35,505 bases of DNA from Steroidobacteraceae bacterium (GCA_035630995.1 DASQJS010000155.1:1-35505); one strand, 5' to 3'; positions 26,096 to 33,676 are shown, numbered from the stretch's first letter. Notes: generated from the sequence alone by a model not told the origin. Numbers and translations are program-made.

Positions 26096-26170
26096 ACGTA
26101 AGACGCCCAGGAACGCTTTAGGGTTGCAAGCCGCGGACATATTTGCACTGTCGAAGGATCGGACTCGAGG

Positions 26171-27385
26171 TCACACGTTTCGAGTGGCCATGGCAGGCGA
26201 CACCTTCGCCGCCTTGAGCGCGGGCTGCCATGCCGCGACCTGGCCCAACACCCACAGGCCCAGAACGCCGCCCACCAGGTAGTACAGATCGAGCCGTGGC
26301 AACTGATATTGAGTTGACAGCCAGTAGCCCGCGGCCAGCGCGAGGGAACATCCGACCACCACGCCCGCGCTGGTGACTATCCAATTCTCAGCCAGGAAAT
26401 ACTGGACGATGTCGAGCTTGCGCGCGCCTACCGCTCGGCGAGTGCCGATCTGGCGCGTGCGACTGTTCACGTTGAATGTGGCGAGTCCAAAAATGCCCAG
26501 CGAGCTGAATACCAGCACAAGACCGGTCACCGTCGACAAAGTCACGGCCATGAGCGAGTCGCTGGAGTAGCTGCGGCGCTTCATGTCCGACATCTTTGTC
26601 ATCGGCGTTGCGATGACGCGATTGGGATCACGCTTGCGCAGCGCAACCTCCACGTTTGCCATGACGCGGTCGATCGAACCAGGCCTGGTGCGAATTACGT
26701 ATTGAGTCGATCCGTAGGGACCCACCTGCGGGTAGAGCATGGTGCGATCGACTTTGTCCCAGCCTACCCACGACCCCTGCATGTGCGATATGACGCCGAC
26801 GATGCGGATGGGACGACTCTGGTCGTCGTAGAAGTTCCTGCCCAGGGCGGGCTCATCCTTGAACAGCGCTTTGGCGAATGCCTGGCTGATGATGGCCTTC
26901 GGCGGATAACCGGGTTCCTTCTGGTCCTCCTTCTTGTACTCGACGTCGCTCGCATCGAATTCCCTGCCTGCCGACAGCGTGACGCCCAGCGTCTTGATGC
27001 CATGATCGTCCACGGAGTACGTGTTGGCCGGCGATTCCTCCCCCTTCTTGTCCGGCAGCGAATAGAAACCGCTGGAGCTGCCGCTGCCCGATAACGGCAC
27101 CTGCTGCATGGGTGAGACGTCGACGATGTCCGGCATCTGGCGCAGCATCGCCATATCCTCACGAACCATGCCGAGGAAGTCGTAGTCCTTCTGGTAGGTG
27201 TTCACCCAGAACGCAAAGATGTTCTGATCGTCGATTCCCGATGGGCGCCCGATCTTGCTCACGCGTTGTTGGGTCAGGTAGACGGCGTTGACGACTATGG
27301 CCAGGGTGATCGCGATCTGCAGAGCGACCAGGATGGCGCCCGCGCGATTGCGCAGCAGCGCGGAAAAAATAGGTCGAATTCCCAT
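26171..27385 (-). CDS. ABC transporter permease, FtsX/MacB type (permease B)
   Basis: MGIRPIFSALLRNRAGAILVALQIAITLAIV (TM1), an approximately 230-aa periplasmic domain, then the FtsX core (RTRQIGTRRAVGARKLDIVQYFLAEN...). The 616-aa track ORF is an artefactual extension. ATG at 27385 lies 2 nt after the upstream stop. Confidence 0.9.
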   Translation of the reverse strand: MGIRPIFSALLRNRAGAILVALQIAITLAIVVNAVYLTQQRVSKIGRPSGIDDQNIFAFWVNTYQKDYDFLGMVREDMAMLRQMPDIVDVSPMQQVPLSGSGSSSGFYSLPDKKGEESPANTYSVDDHGIKTLGVTLSAGREFDASDVEYKKEDQKEPGYPPKAIISQAFAKALFKDEPALGRNFYDDQSRPIRIVGVISHMQGSWVGWDKVDRTMLYPQVGPYGSTQYVIRTRPGSIDRVMANVEVALRKRDPNRVIATPMTKMSDMKRRSYSSDSLMAVTLSTVTGLVLVFSSLGIFGLATFNVNSRTRQIGTRRAVGARKLDIVQYFLAENWIVTSAGVVVGCSLALAAGYWLSTQYQLPRLDLYYLVGGVLGLWVLGQVAAWQPALKAAKVSPAMATRNV

Positions 27386-27387
27386 GA

Positions 27388-28716
27388 CTATTGCACCTTG
27401 AGATACGAGGCGGGAGCTGCACGTCCAATGCGCCATGCGGGATAAAGTCCGGCAAGCACTCCAGCGGCAACGGCGATGGCGATGATGATCAGGAAATTGG
27501 TGGAGTCGAATGGCAGCGCACGCAGTGCTTCGTCGACGAAGCGTCCGTACCAGGCACGCAGCGCCCAGGTGCCGGCAATGCCCAGCAGCCCGCCAACCAG
27601 CCCCCCGGCGAGCGCCACCACGCCGGATTCCGTGAGGTGTTGCCAGAAGATGTCGCGCCTGCTGGCGCCAAGCGCACGGCGTACCCCGGATGTCGGCGCG
27701 GCATTGAGAAATTTCGCGAGCAGCAGGCCTACGGTATTGACCAGGCACACCGCCAGAAATGCGAACGCCAGCACCAGCATGGCTTTGTTGTCGTCGCCGA
27801 CGACCTTGTTGCGCTTGAGCCAGCCGTCCACATCGTAAAGGTAGTTGTTGAGCGGACGCGGAAAGCGGCCGTGCTTCTTCTGGTCGAGCACGTAGTTGTC
27901 GAGGAATTCGCGGAAGGCGCGCTGTTTTTCCGCGGTGCGCAGCTCGAACCAGGCATGCGTCCAGATGCATTCCGAATTGAGGAATGCCTGGAAGCTGTCG
28001 ACGACCTCGGTCTTCCAGCAATTCGTGTTGCCGTGGCTGCCCAGCTCGAGGATCTGGCCCCAGGAAAACGGCATGTATGCGCCCTCCATCTTCTGGAATG
28101 CGCCATTACTCACGTCGAAGTACTTCGGCATGATCTCCCACTCGTCGAGTACGCCAATCACGCGAAACTCGCGCTTCGCCCACTGCAGCGTCTTGCCAAC
28201 GCTGTTGATGCCGCCGAACGCCTTCTGGTTCGCCTCCTTGCTGAGCACGACGACCGGCTCCGGTCCCGCATCCGCCTTGGCATCCCAGGGGCCGCCGTAC
28301 AGGAACGGCACTTCGAACATCGGGAAGAAGTCCGAAGTCGTCATGCGCGTCGCGAAATATTGAGGGTCCATGCCCTTGTCGGCGCGGGTATAAATCTCGC
28401 CCGACCTGTACATGATCACCTTGCGATCGGGGATGTTGGAGGCGTGCAAGGCACGCGCGTCGCGGTAGGTGAGCATCGTCGGCGCGAGCGACTTGTCGTA
28501 TTCCTCGTACGGTTCCTCGGGATCCCAGTTGTCGATGGACGCCGCAAAGACGATTCCACTGCGTTCGCCGGCCGGATTGTTTGCTGCCGCGCGATAGGTA
28601 GTCAGCGTGATCATGCACACCGAGATACCCAGTGCGATCGCGAACACCATGAGGGCGGTGAGCCCGGGATTGCGCCGGAAACTGGCGAGTGCCAGTCGCA
28701 GGTAGTAGGCGAACAT
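27388..28716 (-). CDS. ABC transporter permease, FtsX/MacB type (permease A)
   Basis: MFAYYLRLALASFRRNPGLTALMVFAIALGI (TM1), a large periplasmic domain, and the FtsX core (SGVRRALGASRRDIFWQHLTES...). Clearly diverged from permease B. Confidence 0.9.
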   Translation of the reverse strand: MFAYYLRLALASFRRNPGLTALMVFAIALGISVCMITLTTYRAAANNPAGERSGIVFAASIDNWDPEEPYEEYDKSLAPTMLTYRDARALHASNIPDRKVIMYRSGEIYTRADKGMDPQYFATRMTTSDFFPMFEVPFLYGGPWDAKADAGPEPVVVLSKEANQKAFGGINSVGKTLQWAKREFRVIGVLDEWEIMPKYFDVSNGAFQKMEGAYMPFSWGQILELGSHGNTNCWKTEVVDSFQAFLNSECIWTHAWFELRTAEKQRAFREFLDNYVLDQKKHGRFPRPLNNYLYDVDGWLKRNKVVGDDNKAMLVLAFAFLAVCLVNTVGLLLAKFLNAAPTSGVRRALGASRRDIFWQHLTESGVVALAGGLVGGLLGIAGTWALRAWYGRFVDEALRALPFDSTNFLIIIAIAVAAGVLAGLYPAWRIGRAAPASYLKVQ

Positions 28717-28719
28717 GGC

Positions 28720-29451
28720 TCAGGCTCCCACAGGCGCTGGCGCAATCACGGAAACCGGGACCGGTGCGGCATGCGGCTCGTAGGGCTTGAAGTCGGAGAT
28801 CTGGCCGTCGACAACCTGCACGTTGCGATGCGCGCGGCGCGCAAGCTCCGGATCGTGCGTGACCATGATGATGGTGGTGCCCATCTCGTTGATGCGTTCG
28901 AGCAGGTCCATGACCTGCCGCGCCATCAGGGAATCGAGATTGCCCGTGGGTTCATCGGCGAGCACCAGCTTCGGATCGCCGGCAATGGCACGTGCAATCG
29001 CCACGCGCTGCTGCTGGCCGCCCGACAACTGCGATGGATGGTGTTTCATGCGCGCGGCCAGGCCGACGATCTCCAGCGCATTGGTGATGCGCTTGTCGCG
29101 TTCCGCGAACTTCATGCGCCGGTAGCGCAGCGGCACGTCGACGTTGTCGTATACGTTGAGGTCTGGCATCAGGTTGAAGCTCTGGAAGATGAAGCCGATC
29201 TTCTGATTGCGCAGGGCGGAACGCGCATCGTCGGAGAGCGCGGTCACTTCCACGTCGTCGAGCTTGTAGCTGCCGGTCTCGTACGGCTCGAGCAGTCCCG
29301 CGATGTTCAGAAACGTGGTCTTGCCCGAACCCGATGGCCCGGTGACCGCCAGGAACTCACCGGCCTTCACCTCCAGCGAGAAATCGCGCAACGCATGCGT
29401 CTCGATGAGATCGGTGCGAAACACTTTGCTGACGTTTTTCATGGAGAGCAT
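28720..29451 (-). CDS. ABC transporter ATP-binding protein (MacB/LolD-type)
   Basis: Walker A GPSGSGKTT, signature LSGGQQQRVAIARA, Walker B LVLADEPTGNLD, H-loop MVTHD. GAGGA lies 6 nt upstream of the ATG. Confidence 0.95.
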   Translation of the reverse strand: MLSMKNVSKVFRTDLIETHALRDFSLEVKAGEFLAVTGPSGSGKTTFLNIAGLLEPYETGSYKLDDVEVTALSDDARSALRNQKIGFIFQSFNLMPDLNVYDNVDVPLRYRRMKFAERDKRITNALEIVGLAARMKHHPSQLSGGQQQRVAIARAIAGDPKLVLADEPTGNLDSLMARQVMDLLERINEMGTTIIMVTHDPELARRAHRNVQVVDGQISDFKPYEPHAAPVPVSVIAPAPVGA

Positions 29452-29462
29452 GGAGATTCCTC

Positions 29463-30728
29463 TTAGTTACCGATGAGGACGCTGGGCGCGTCCTTGTATT
29501 CGCGCATGTCGGAGAGCACGACGATGTCGCCGACATTGAGTCCATTGCGGATTTCGATCTCGCCGATGGCCGCCGCGCCGAATTCCACGGGCGTGCGTAC
29601 GGCCGCGTCGTCGCGCACCACGTAAGCGAACTTCGAATCAGAGTCGTTGAAGGGGCTGCGTGCCACCTTGAGCACATCGTTGCGCTCGTCGAGCACGATG
29701 CGCACCGAGGCACGCTGGTTCTGGCGCAGGCCCTTGGGCTGCGCGGTAAAGCGCACGCGGCCGGTCACCTGCGAATTGCGCACGTCGGGGGAGATGCCGG
29801 CGACGGTGCCCTGGAACATGCGCCCGTCGAGTGCGATCCCGGCGTTCATGCCCGAACGGATCTCGTTGGCGTAGCTCTCCGAGACCTGGAATTCGATTTC
29901 GAGCGCCGTGAGGTCGACCACCGTGACCAGTGGCGCGTTTTGCGCGACCTGGGCGCGTTCCTGCTGGCTCAGGGTGGCGACCATGCCCGCGACCGGCGAT
30001 CTGAGCGTCAGCGCATCCACGCGTTCGCGCAGGCGGGCCACCTTGAGGGCCTGGGCGTCACGCTGCGAGCTCAGGCTGCGCAGCTCGAGTTGCAGGCTGT
30101 CCTTCTCGAGGCCGCCGGTCTCCATGGCGTGCGCGTAGTTGAGCCTGGCGGTTTCGAGATCGTCGCGGGCACGCTCGAAGTCGCGTTGGGGAATGACATG
30201 GATGCCCCAGGCATCCTCCGCGCGTTTGAACTCGCGCTCGGCGGCCGTGATCTGGACCTTGGCAAGGTCGGTGTCCTGGCTGCTTTTGAGGATCTGGCGC
30301 CGCACTTCGATGGTCTGGCGGTTGAGCGTGGCCTCGGTGCCCGCGAGCGTCGCGCGTTCCTGCTCGTATTCGTTGGTGAGCGCGGCGCTGTCGACCGTGC
30401 CCAACACATCGCCGGCCCTGACCGAGTCGCCCGCGCGCACCTTATAGATGATGGTGCCGGGTGCTTCGGCGAACAGCGTGGGGCTGACCGCGGCGACCAC
30501 CATGCCGGTGGCGGCCACGTCGCGAACGAAAGGGCCGCGCTCGGCGACGGCCGTGCGGATCCGTTCGCGCGGAATCACTTTCTCGGACGACAGCCAGGCG
30601 CGCGCGCTCCACACGACCAGGAACAGCAGCGCCGCCGCGATGCCGGCCATGACCCCGTAGCGGCGCAGAAACGTTCGCTTGCTCCTGGAGGCGGTGACGG
30701 TCCGGTCTTGCGACTCGGTACCGCGCAT
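29463..30728 (-). CDS. periplasmic adaptor / membrane-fusion protein (HlyD/MacA family)
   Basis: N-terminal anchor GVMAGIAAALLFLVVW, a barrel-sandwich segment, a long coiled-coil hairpin (ATLAGTEATLNRQ...LETARLNYAHA) and a beta-barrel C-terminus. Start set to ATG 30728 because ATGs at 30755 and 30773 fall inside or at the predicted sigma-54 promoter. Start uncertain. Confidence 0.82.
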   Translation of the reverse strand: MRGTESQDRTVTASRSKRTFLRRYGVMAGIAAALLFLVVWSARAWLSSEKVIPRERIRTAVAERGPFVRDVAATGMVVAAVSPTLFAEAPGTIIYKVRAGDSVRAGDVLGTVDSAALTNEYEQERATLAGTEATLNRQTIEVRRQILKSSQDTDLAKVQITAAEREFKRAEDAWGIHVIPQRDFERARDDLETARLNYAHAMETGGLEKDSLQLELRSLSSQRDAQALKVARLRERVDALTLRSPVAGMVATLSQQERAQVAQNAPLVTVVDLTALEIEFQVSESYANEIRSGMNAGIALDGRMFQGTVAGISPDVRNSQVTGRVRFTAQPKGLRQNQRASVRIVLDERNDVLKVARSPFNDSDSKFAYVVRDDAAVRTPVEFGAAAIGEIEIRNGLNVGDIVVLSDMREYKDAPSVLIGN

Positions 30729-30765
30729 GGCTATTTCGGGCAGAAGCAGTGACATACCGGGGATA

Positions 30766-30783
30766 GAGCACATCCCGTGCCAA
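30766..30783 (-). promoter_or_regulatory. sigma-54 (-24/-12) promoter
   Basis: The minus strand reads TTGGCACGGGATGTGCTC. This matches TGGCACG-N4-TTGCW with one mismatch (G for the first T of TTGC), with correct GG/GC spacing. It lies directly upstream of the adaptor gene, and a GAFTGA activator is encoded in the same gene string. Confidence 0.6.
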
Positions 30784-30794
30784 GCGGTCCCGAG

Positions 30795-30841
30795 GAGCGC
30801 GTCGCCTGCCTAACTGGTTGAATTTCCCGGGCGACGCGCTC
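30795..30841. repeat. 12-bp perfect inverted repeat GAGCGCGTCGCC-N23-GGCGACGCGCTC
   Basis: Arms at 30795-30806 and 30830-30841, located 12-60 bp upstream of the -24 element. No U-tract on either strand. Confidence 0.5.
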
Positions 30842-30873
30842 GGAGGGTTCCGCGTTATCCCCACGACCGGGGT

Positions 30874-30904
30874 GTCCGCGAGCGGACAGCGGACAGGAGC
30901 GGAC
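30874..30904. promoter_or_regulatory. candidate enhancer (UAS) for the NtrC-type activator
   Basis: Palindrome GTCCGC-GA-GCGGAC (30874-30887), plus AGCGGAC repeated three times (starting at 30881, 30888 and 30898). It lies about 95-125 bp upstream of the -24 element. Confidence 0.3.
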
Positions 30905-30916
30905 GTACACATTTCC

Positions 30917-31600
30917 TTACGAGCGCCAGGCCTCGCTTGCGTGCTCCATGTACTTCGCCGTTGCCGCCGCGGCGTCGTCTCCGAGATACCGAGCCACCAC
31001 GTGTAATGCGAGGTCGATGCCGGAGGTGAGTCCTGCGGAAGTTGCGATGCGCCCGTTGTCCACGAATCGGGCGCCGCGTTGCAGGCGCACCTTGGGAAAC
31101 TCGTGCTCGAAGTCATCCCAGAAGTCGTGGTGGGTGGTTGCCTTCAGGCCGTCGAGCAATCCGGCTCGAGCGAGCTGATAGGCGCCCGTGCATACGGACA
31201 TGATCATGTCCGCGCTGGTCGCGGATGCGCGCAGCCATTCGAGAGCCGCAGCCTGGGCGCGCTGCGCCGGAACGACGATCACTTCGGGCTTCGGTGCGCT
31301 CGCAATGCCGTAGGCAGGGATCACCCGGAGCCCACCAGTCATCGCAACCGGCCCCGCATCTGGACCCACGGTGAATATTTCAAACGGGTTCGCATGTGTC
31401 CCCGCGCGCATCACCATGACGTCCTGGAAGACTTCCCAGGGTCCGGCGGTGTCGATGACATTGGTGTCGGCACCCAGCAGGAAGGCCACCTTGATGCTTG
31501 CGCGCGCTGGAAGCGGCACGCGTGGGGCGGGTCTGGCGGCAACGGGCAATGCCAATGCGCTGGCGATGAGGCAACCCGGAACGAATTCGCGACGGTTCAT
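30917..31600 (-). CDS. DJ-1/PfpI-family protein with a Tat-like signal peptide
   Basis: Nucleophile elbow MSVCTGAYQLARAGLLDG. N-terminus MNRREFVPGCLIASALALPVAA (twin-Arg followed by a hydrophobic stretch). ATG at 31600 has GGAGGA 6 nt upstream. Confidence 0.83.
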   Translation of the reverse strand: MNRREFVPGCLIASALALPVAARPAPRVPLPARASIKVAFLLGADTNVIDTAGPWEVFQDVMVMRAGTHANPFEIFTVGPDAGPVAMTGGLRVIPAYGIASAPKPEVIVVPAQRAQAAALEWLRASATSADMIMSVCTGAYQLARAGLLDGLKATTHHDFWDDFEHEFPKVRLQRGARFVDNGRIATSAGLTSGIDLALHVVARYLGDDAAAATAKYMEHASEAWRS

Positions 31601-31676
31601 GTGCTTTCCTCCACGGATATTCATCCGAGGTGCACGCCGGGGCATTACCGTCGCGGCGGATGCGATGAGCCGAGAA

Positions 31677-32345
31677 CTAGAAGCGTCGAATCCCGGATGG
31701 CCCGCCGAGGATGACGAGGTCCGCGGGACGCGCCGCGAACAAACCCACGGTCACCACACCCACGATCTGGTTGATCGCGCTTTCGAGGCCCACGGGGTCG
31801 GTGATACGCAGGTCATGCACGTCGAGAATGTGATTGCCGTTGTCGGTGATCACGTTCTCACGCCACACAGGGCGCCCGCCCAGGCGCGCAAGTTCGCGAT
31901 CCACGTAACTGCGTGCCATCGGGATGACTTCCACCGGCAGGGGGAATGCGCCGAGTGTGTCCACCAGCTTGCCCTCATCGGCAATACAGATGAACCGGCC
32001 GGAGGCTGCGGCGATGATCTTCTCGCGGGTGAGGGCGGCCCCGCCGCCCTTGATCAACTGCCGCCGATGGTTGGTTTCATCCGCGCCATCGATGTAGGTG
32101 TCGATGGTCCCGACGTCGTTCAGGTCGAGTACCGGGATGCCGGCGGCCTTGAGTCTTTCGGTGGATCCATTGGAGCTCGACACCGCTCCGGGTATGCGCA
32201 TGCGTTGCAGCGCGAGTTCGTCGATGAGGAAGTTCACCGTTGATCCCGTGCCGACGCCGAGCACTTTTCCTTCCACCACGAATTCCAGCGCAGCGCGCGC
32301 GGCGCCTTGTTTTCCAGTGTTTTTGTTCACTTCCTGGGCACTCAC
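31677..32345 (-). CDS. rpiA: ribose-5-phosphate isomerase A
   Basis: [52 protein letters not shown] and [11 protein letters not shown] are collinear with E. coli RpiA as I recall it. GTG at 32345, with GGAG 7 nt upstream, gives 222 aa. The 281-aa track ORF extension is non-coding-looking. Confidence 0.9.
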   Translation of the reverse strand: MSAQEVNKNTGKQGAARAALEFVVEGKVLGVGTGSTVNFLIDELALQRMRIPGAVSSSNGSTERLKAAGIPVLDLNDVGTIDTYIDGADETNHRRQLIKGGGAALTREKIIAAASGRFICIADEGKLVDTLGAFPLPVEVIPMARSYVDRELARLGGRPVWRENVITDNGNHILDVHDLRITDPVGLESAINQIVGVVTVGLFAARPADLVILGGPSGIRRF

Positions 32346-32376
32346 TTCGCAACTCCGAAAATCTGAACCCTGAAAC

Positions 32377-32406
32377 GACACTGCCCGCTTGGTAGCGGGC
32401 AGTGTC
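32377..32406 (-). terminator. 12-bp GC-rich hairpin between the micro-ORF and rpiA (possible attenuator or terminator)
   Basis: GACACTGCCCGC-TTGGTA-GCGGGCAGTGTC. On the minus strand it is followed by GTTTCAGGGTTCAGATTTT, only a weak U-tract. Confidence 0.35.
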
Positions 32407-32420
32407 TTCGAATTTGAAGC

Positions 32421-32446
32421 GGCGAGCGAGAGTGATCTCGCTCGCC
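32421..32446 (-). other. 10-bp hairpin GGCGAGCGAG-AGTGAT-CTCGCTCGCC
   Basis: Perfect stem, 21 nt downstream of the micro-ORF stop on the minus strand. Confidence 0.4.
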
Positions 32447-32467
32447 ATTGGCACAAGGCCAGAAGAA

Positions 32468-32515
32468 TTACTTCTTCTTGGCTTTCTTCTTGGCCTTTTT
32501 CTTGGCTTTCGCCAT
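32468..32515 (-). CDS. 15-codon Lys/Ala micro-[18 protein letters not shown] (leader peptide or small basic peptide; hypothetical)
   Basis: ATG GCG AAA GCC AAG AAA AAG GCC AAG AAG AAA GCC AAG AAG AAG TAA on the minus strand. GGAGA lies 6 nt upstream of the ATG, and a near-consensus promoter about 38 nt upstream. Confidence 0.35.
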   Translation of the reverse strand: MAKAKKKAKKKAKKK

Positions 32516-32552
32516 GGCTCATCTCCAGTAGTTACGGGTTAGTCCGAGGGCG

Positions 32553-32580
32553 AGTATACGCAGGCGTTGACAAATTTCAA
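32553..32580 (-). promoter_or_regulatory. strong sigma-70-type promoter (TTGAAA, 16-nt spacer, TATACT)
   Basis: The minus strand reads CTTGAAATTTGTCAACGCCTGCGTATACTCG. Each hexamer matches consensus at 5 of 6 positions, which is unusual in this GC-rich DNA. Confidence 0.5.
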
Positions 32581-32633
32581 GCGAGGGTCACTGAACGACG
32601 ACGATCGAATCACATCGACACGTATCGCGATGA

Positions 32634-33098
32634 TCATTCCATCGAGAGGATGAACTTCCAATGAGCGGCACTCAGAGGCGTGATCGAGAGTCTGTTGCCG
32701 CGTTTCAACAGCAGCATCCCATCTAGTTCTCGCTGCTCATGCTTGCGCAGTTCATCGAGTGTGATCACGCGCTTCAAGCGTCGTTTGAGTTGCACGTCGA
32801 CAACAAGCCAGCGCGGATTTTTTGGATCACTTCCCTCGTCGTAGTGGTCGTGCTTCTTGTCGAAGGCCGTCGGATCGGGATACGCGGTGCGGACCACCTC
32901 GACGATGCCCGCAATGCCGGGTACGTCGCAGCTCGAGTGATAGAGGAACGCCTGGTCCCCCTTCTTGAAGTCGTCACGCAGCATGTTTCGGGCCTGGAAG
33001 TTCCGCACGCCATCCCACATGGCCGTTTTCTTCGGACGCCTGGCGAGATCATCGACCCCGAAGGTCGACGGTTCGGTCTTCATGAGCCAATAGTTCAT
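32634..33098 (-). CDS. EVE-domain (PUA-like, DUF55) protein
   Basis: MNYWLMKTEPSTFGVDDL...WDGVRNFQARNMLRD..KKGDQAFLYHS...GIAGIVEVV...PRWLVVDV is the characteristic EVE pattern. Confidence 0.9.
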   Translation of the reverse strand: MNYWLMKTEPSTFGVDDLARRPKKTAMWDGVRNFQARNMLRDDFKKGDQAFLYHSSCDVPGIAGIVEVVRTAYPDPTAFDKKHDHYDEGSDPKNPRWLVVDVQLKRRLKRVITLDELRKHEQRELDGMLLLKRGNRLSITPLSAAHWKFILSME

Positions 33099-33663
33099 CG
33101 ATACCCCTCTCCGTGACGATGGTGTCCATCATGACGTCGGTCGCGGTCACGGGAACCAGCGGCACGACCTGGAAAGAATAGACGAGACCCACCAGGCGTG
33201 GACCTCGCCAATGCTGGCGGAACTGCCGGAAGCCGAGCGTGCGATCGTAGAAGCCGAGGCCGTGCCCGAGCCGCGCGCCGCGGCGGTCGAGAGCGACCGC
33301 GGGTACGAAGATGGTGTCGAGAAAACGGGCGCTGAGGTATTCGACGCCGTCGGGTTCGTGCATTCCGAGCGCATGGCGGGTACCACCATGGCTGAATCTC
33401 ACGAAGCGCATCATGCGGCTGCGCAGCGAAGTGATGCGGGGCAGATAAACGTCGCAACCACGGGTGAGAGCGAGCTGGATCAACGGGCCCGTGCCGATCT
33501 CCTGCGGCATCGATGCATAGACGCCGATGCGTTTGCCGGGTCTGAGCCAATGAGTGTGGGCGAGGATGCTGGCGATGGAACGCGCGGCGGTCGTCCGCGC
33601 GGCGCGCGGAACAGCGCGGCGGCGCTGAAGCATTTCGAAGCGGAGGGAGGACTTCGTTTGCAC
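33049..33663 (-). CDS. ygfA: 5-formyltetrahydrofolate cyclo-ligase
   Basis: LRFEMLQRRRAV (compare the E. coli YgfA N-terminus MIRQRRRAL, as I recall it), YLPR, HEP, VPAVALDRRGARLGHGLGFYDRTL. The start is GTG 33663 or ATG 33633. The 3' end overlaps the EVE gene by 50 nt. Confidence 0.85.
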   Translation of the reverse strand: MQTKSSLRFEMLQRRRAVPRAARTTAARSIASILAHTHWLRPGKRIGVYASMPQEIGTGPLIQLALTRGCDVYLPRITSLRSRMMRFVRFSHGGTRHALGMHEPDGVEYLSARFLDTIFVPAVALDRRGARLGHGLGFYDRTLGFRQFRQHWRGPRLVGLVYSFQVVPLVPVTATDVMMDTIVTERGIDELLAHEDRTVDLRGR

Positions 33664-33676
33664 AAGAAGAAAGGAA

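Noticed and set aside
27386-28021. N-terminal extension of the 616-aa ORF containing permease B
   Set aside because: The extension overlaps permease A in another frame and is Arg-rich with no recognisable motifs. ATG at 27385 gives the canonical FtsX/MacB N-terminus and sits 2 nt after the upstream stop.
27391-29466. 691-aa ORF on the plus strand
   Set aside because: It is entirely antisense to the FtsX permease and the ABC ATPase, which carry unmistakable Walker, signature and FtsX motifs. Its own translation is Arg/His/Gly/Glu/Val-rich with no recognisable motifs.
32346-32522. N-terminal extension of the rpiA ORF ([17 protein letters not shown]...)
   Set aside because: RpiA homology begins at the GTG at 32345, which has its own SD. 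The extension runs through two strong hairpins and overlaps the micro-ORF in another frame, and it looks like a low-complexity artefact.
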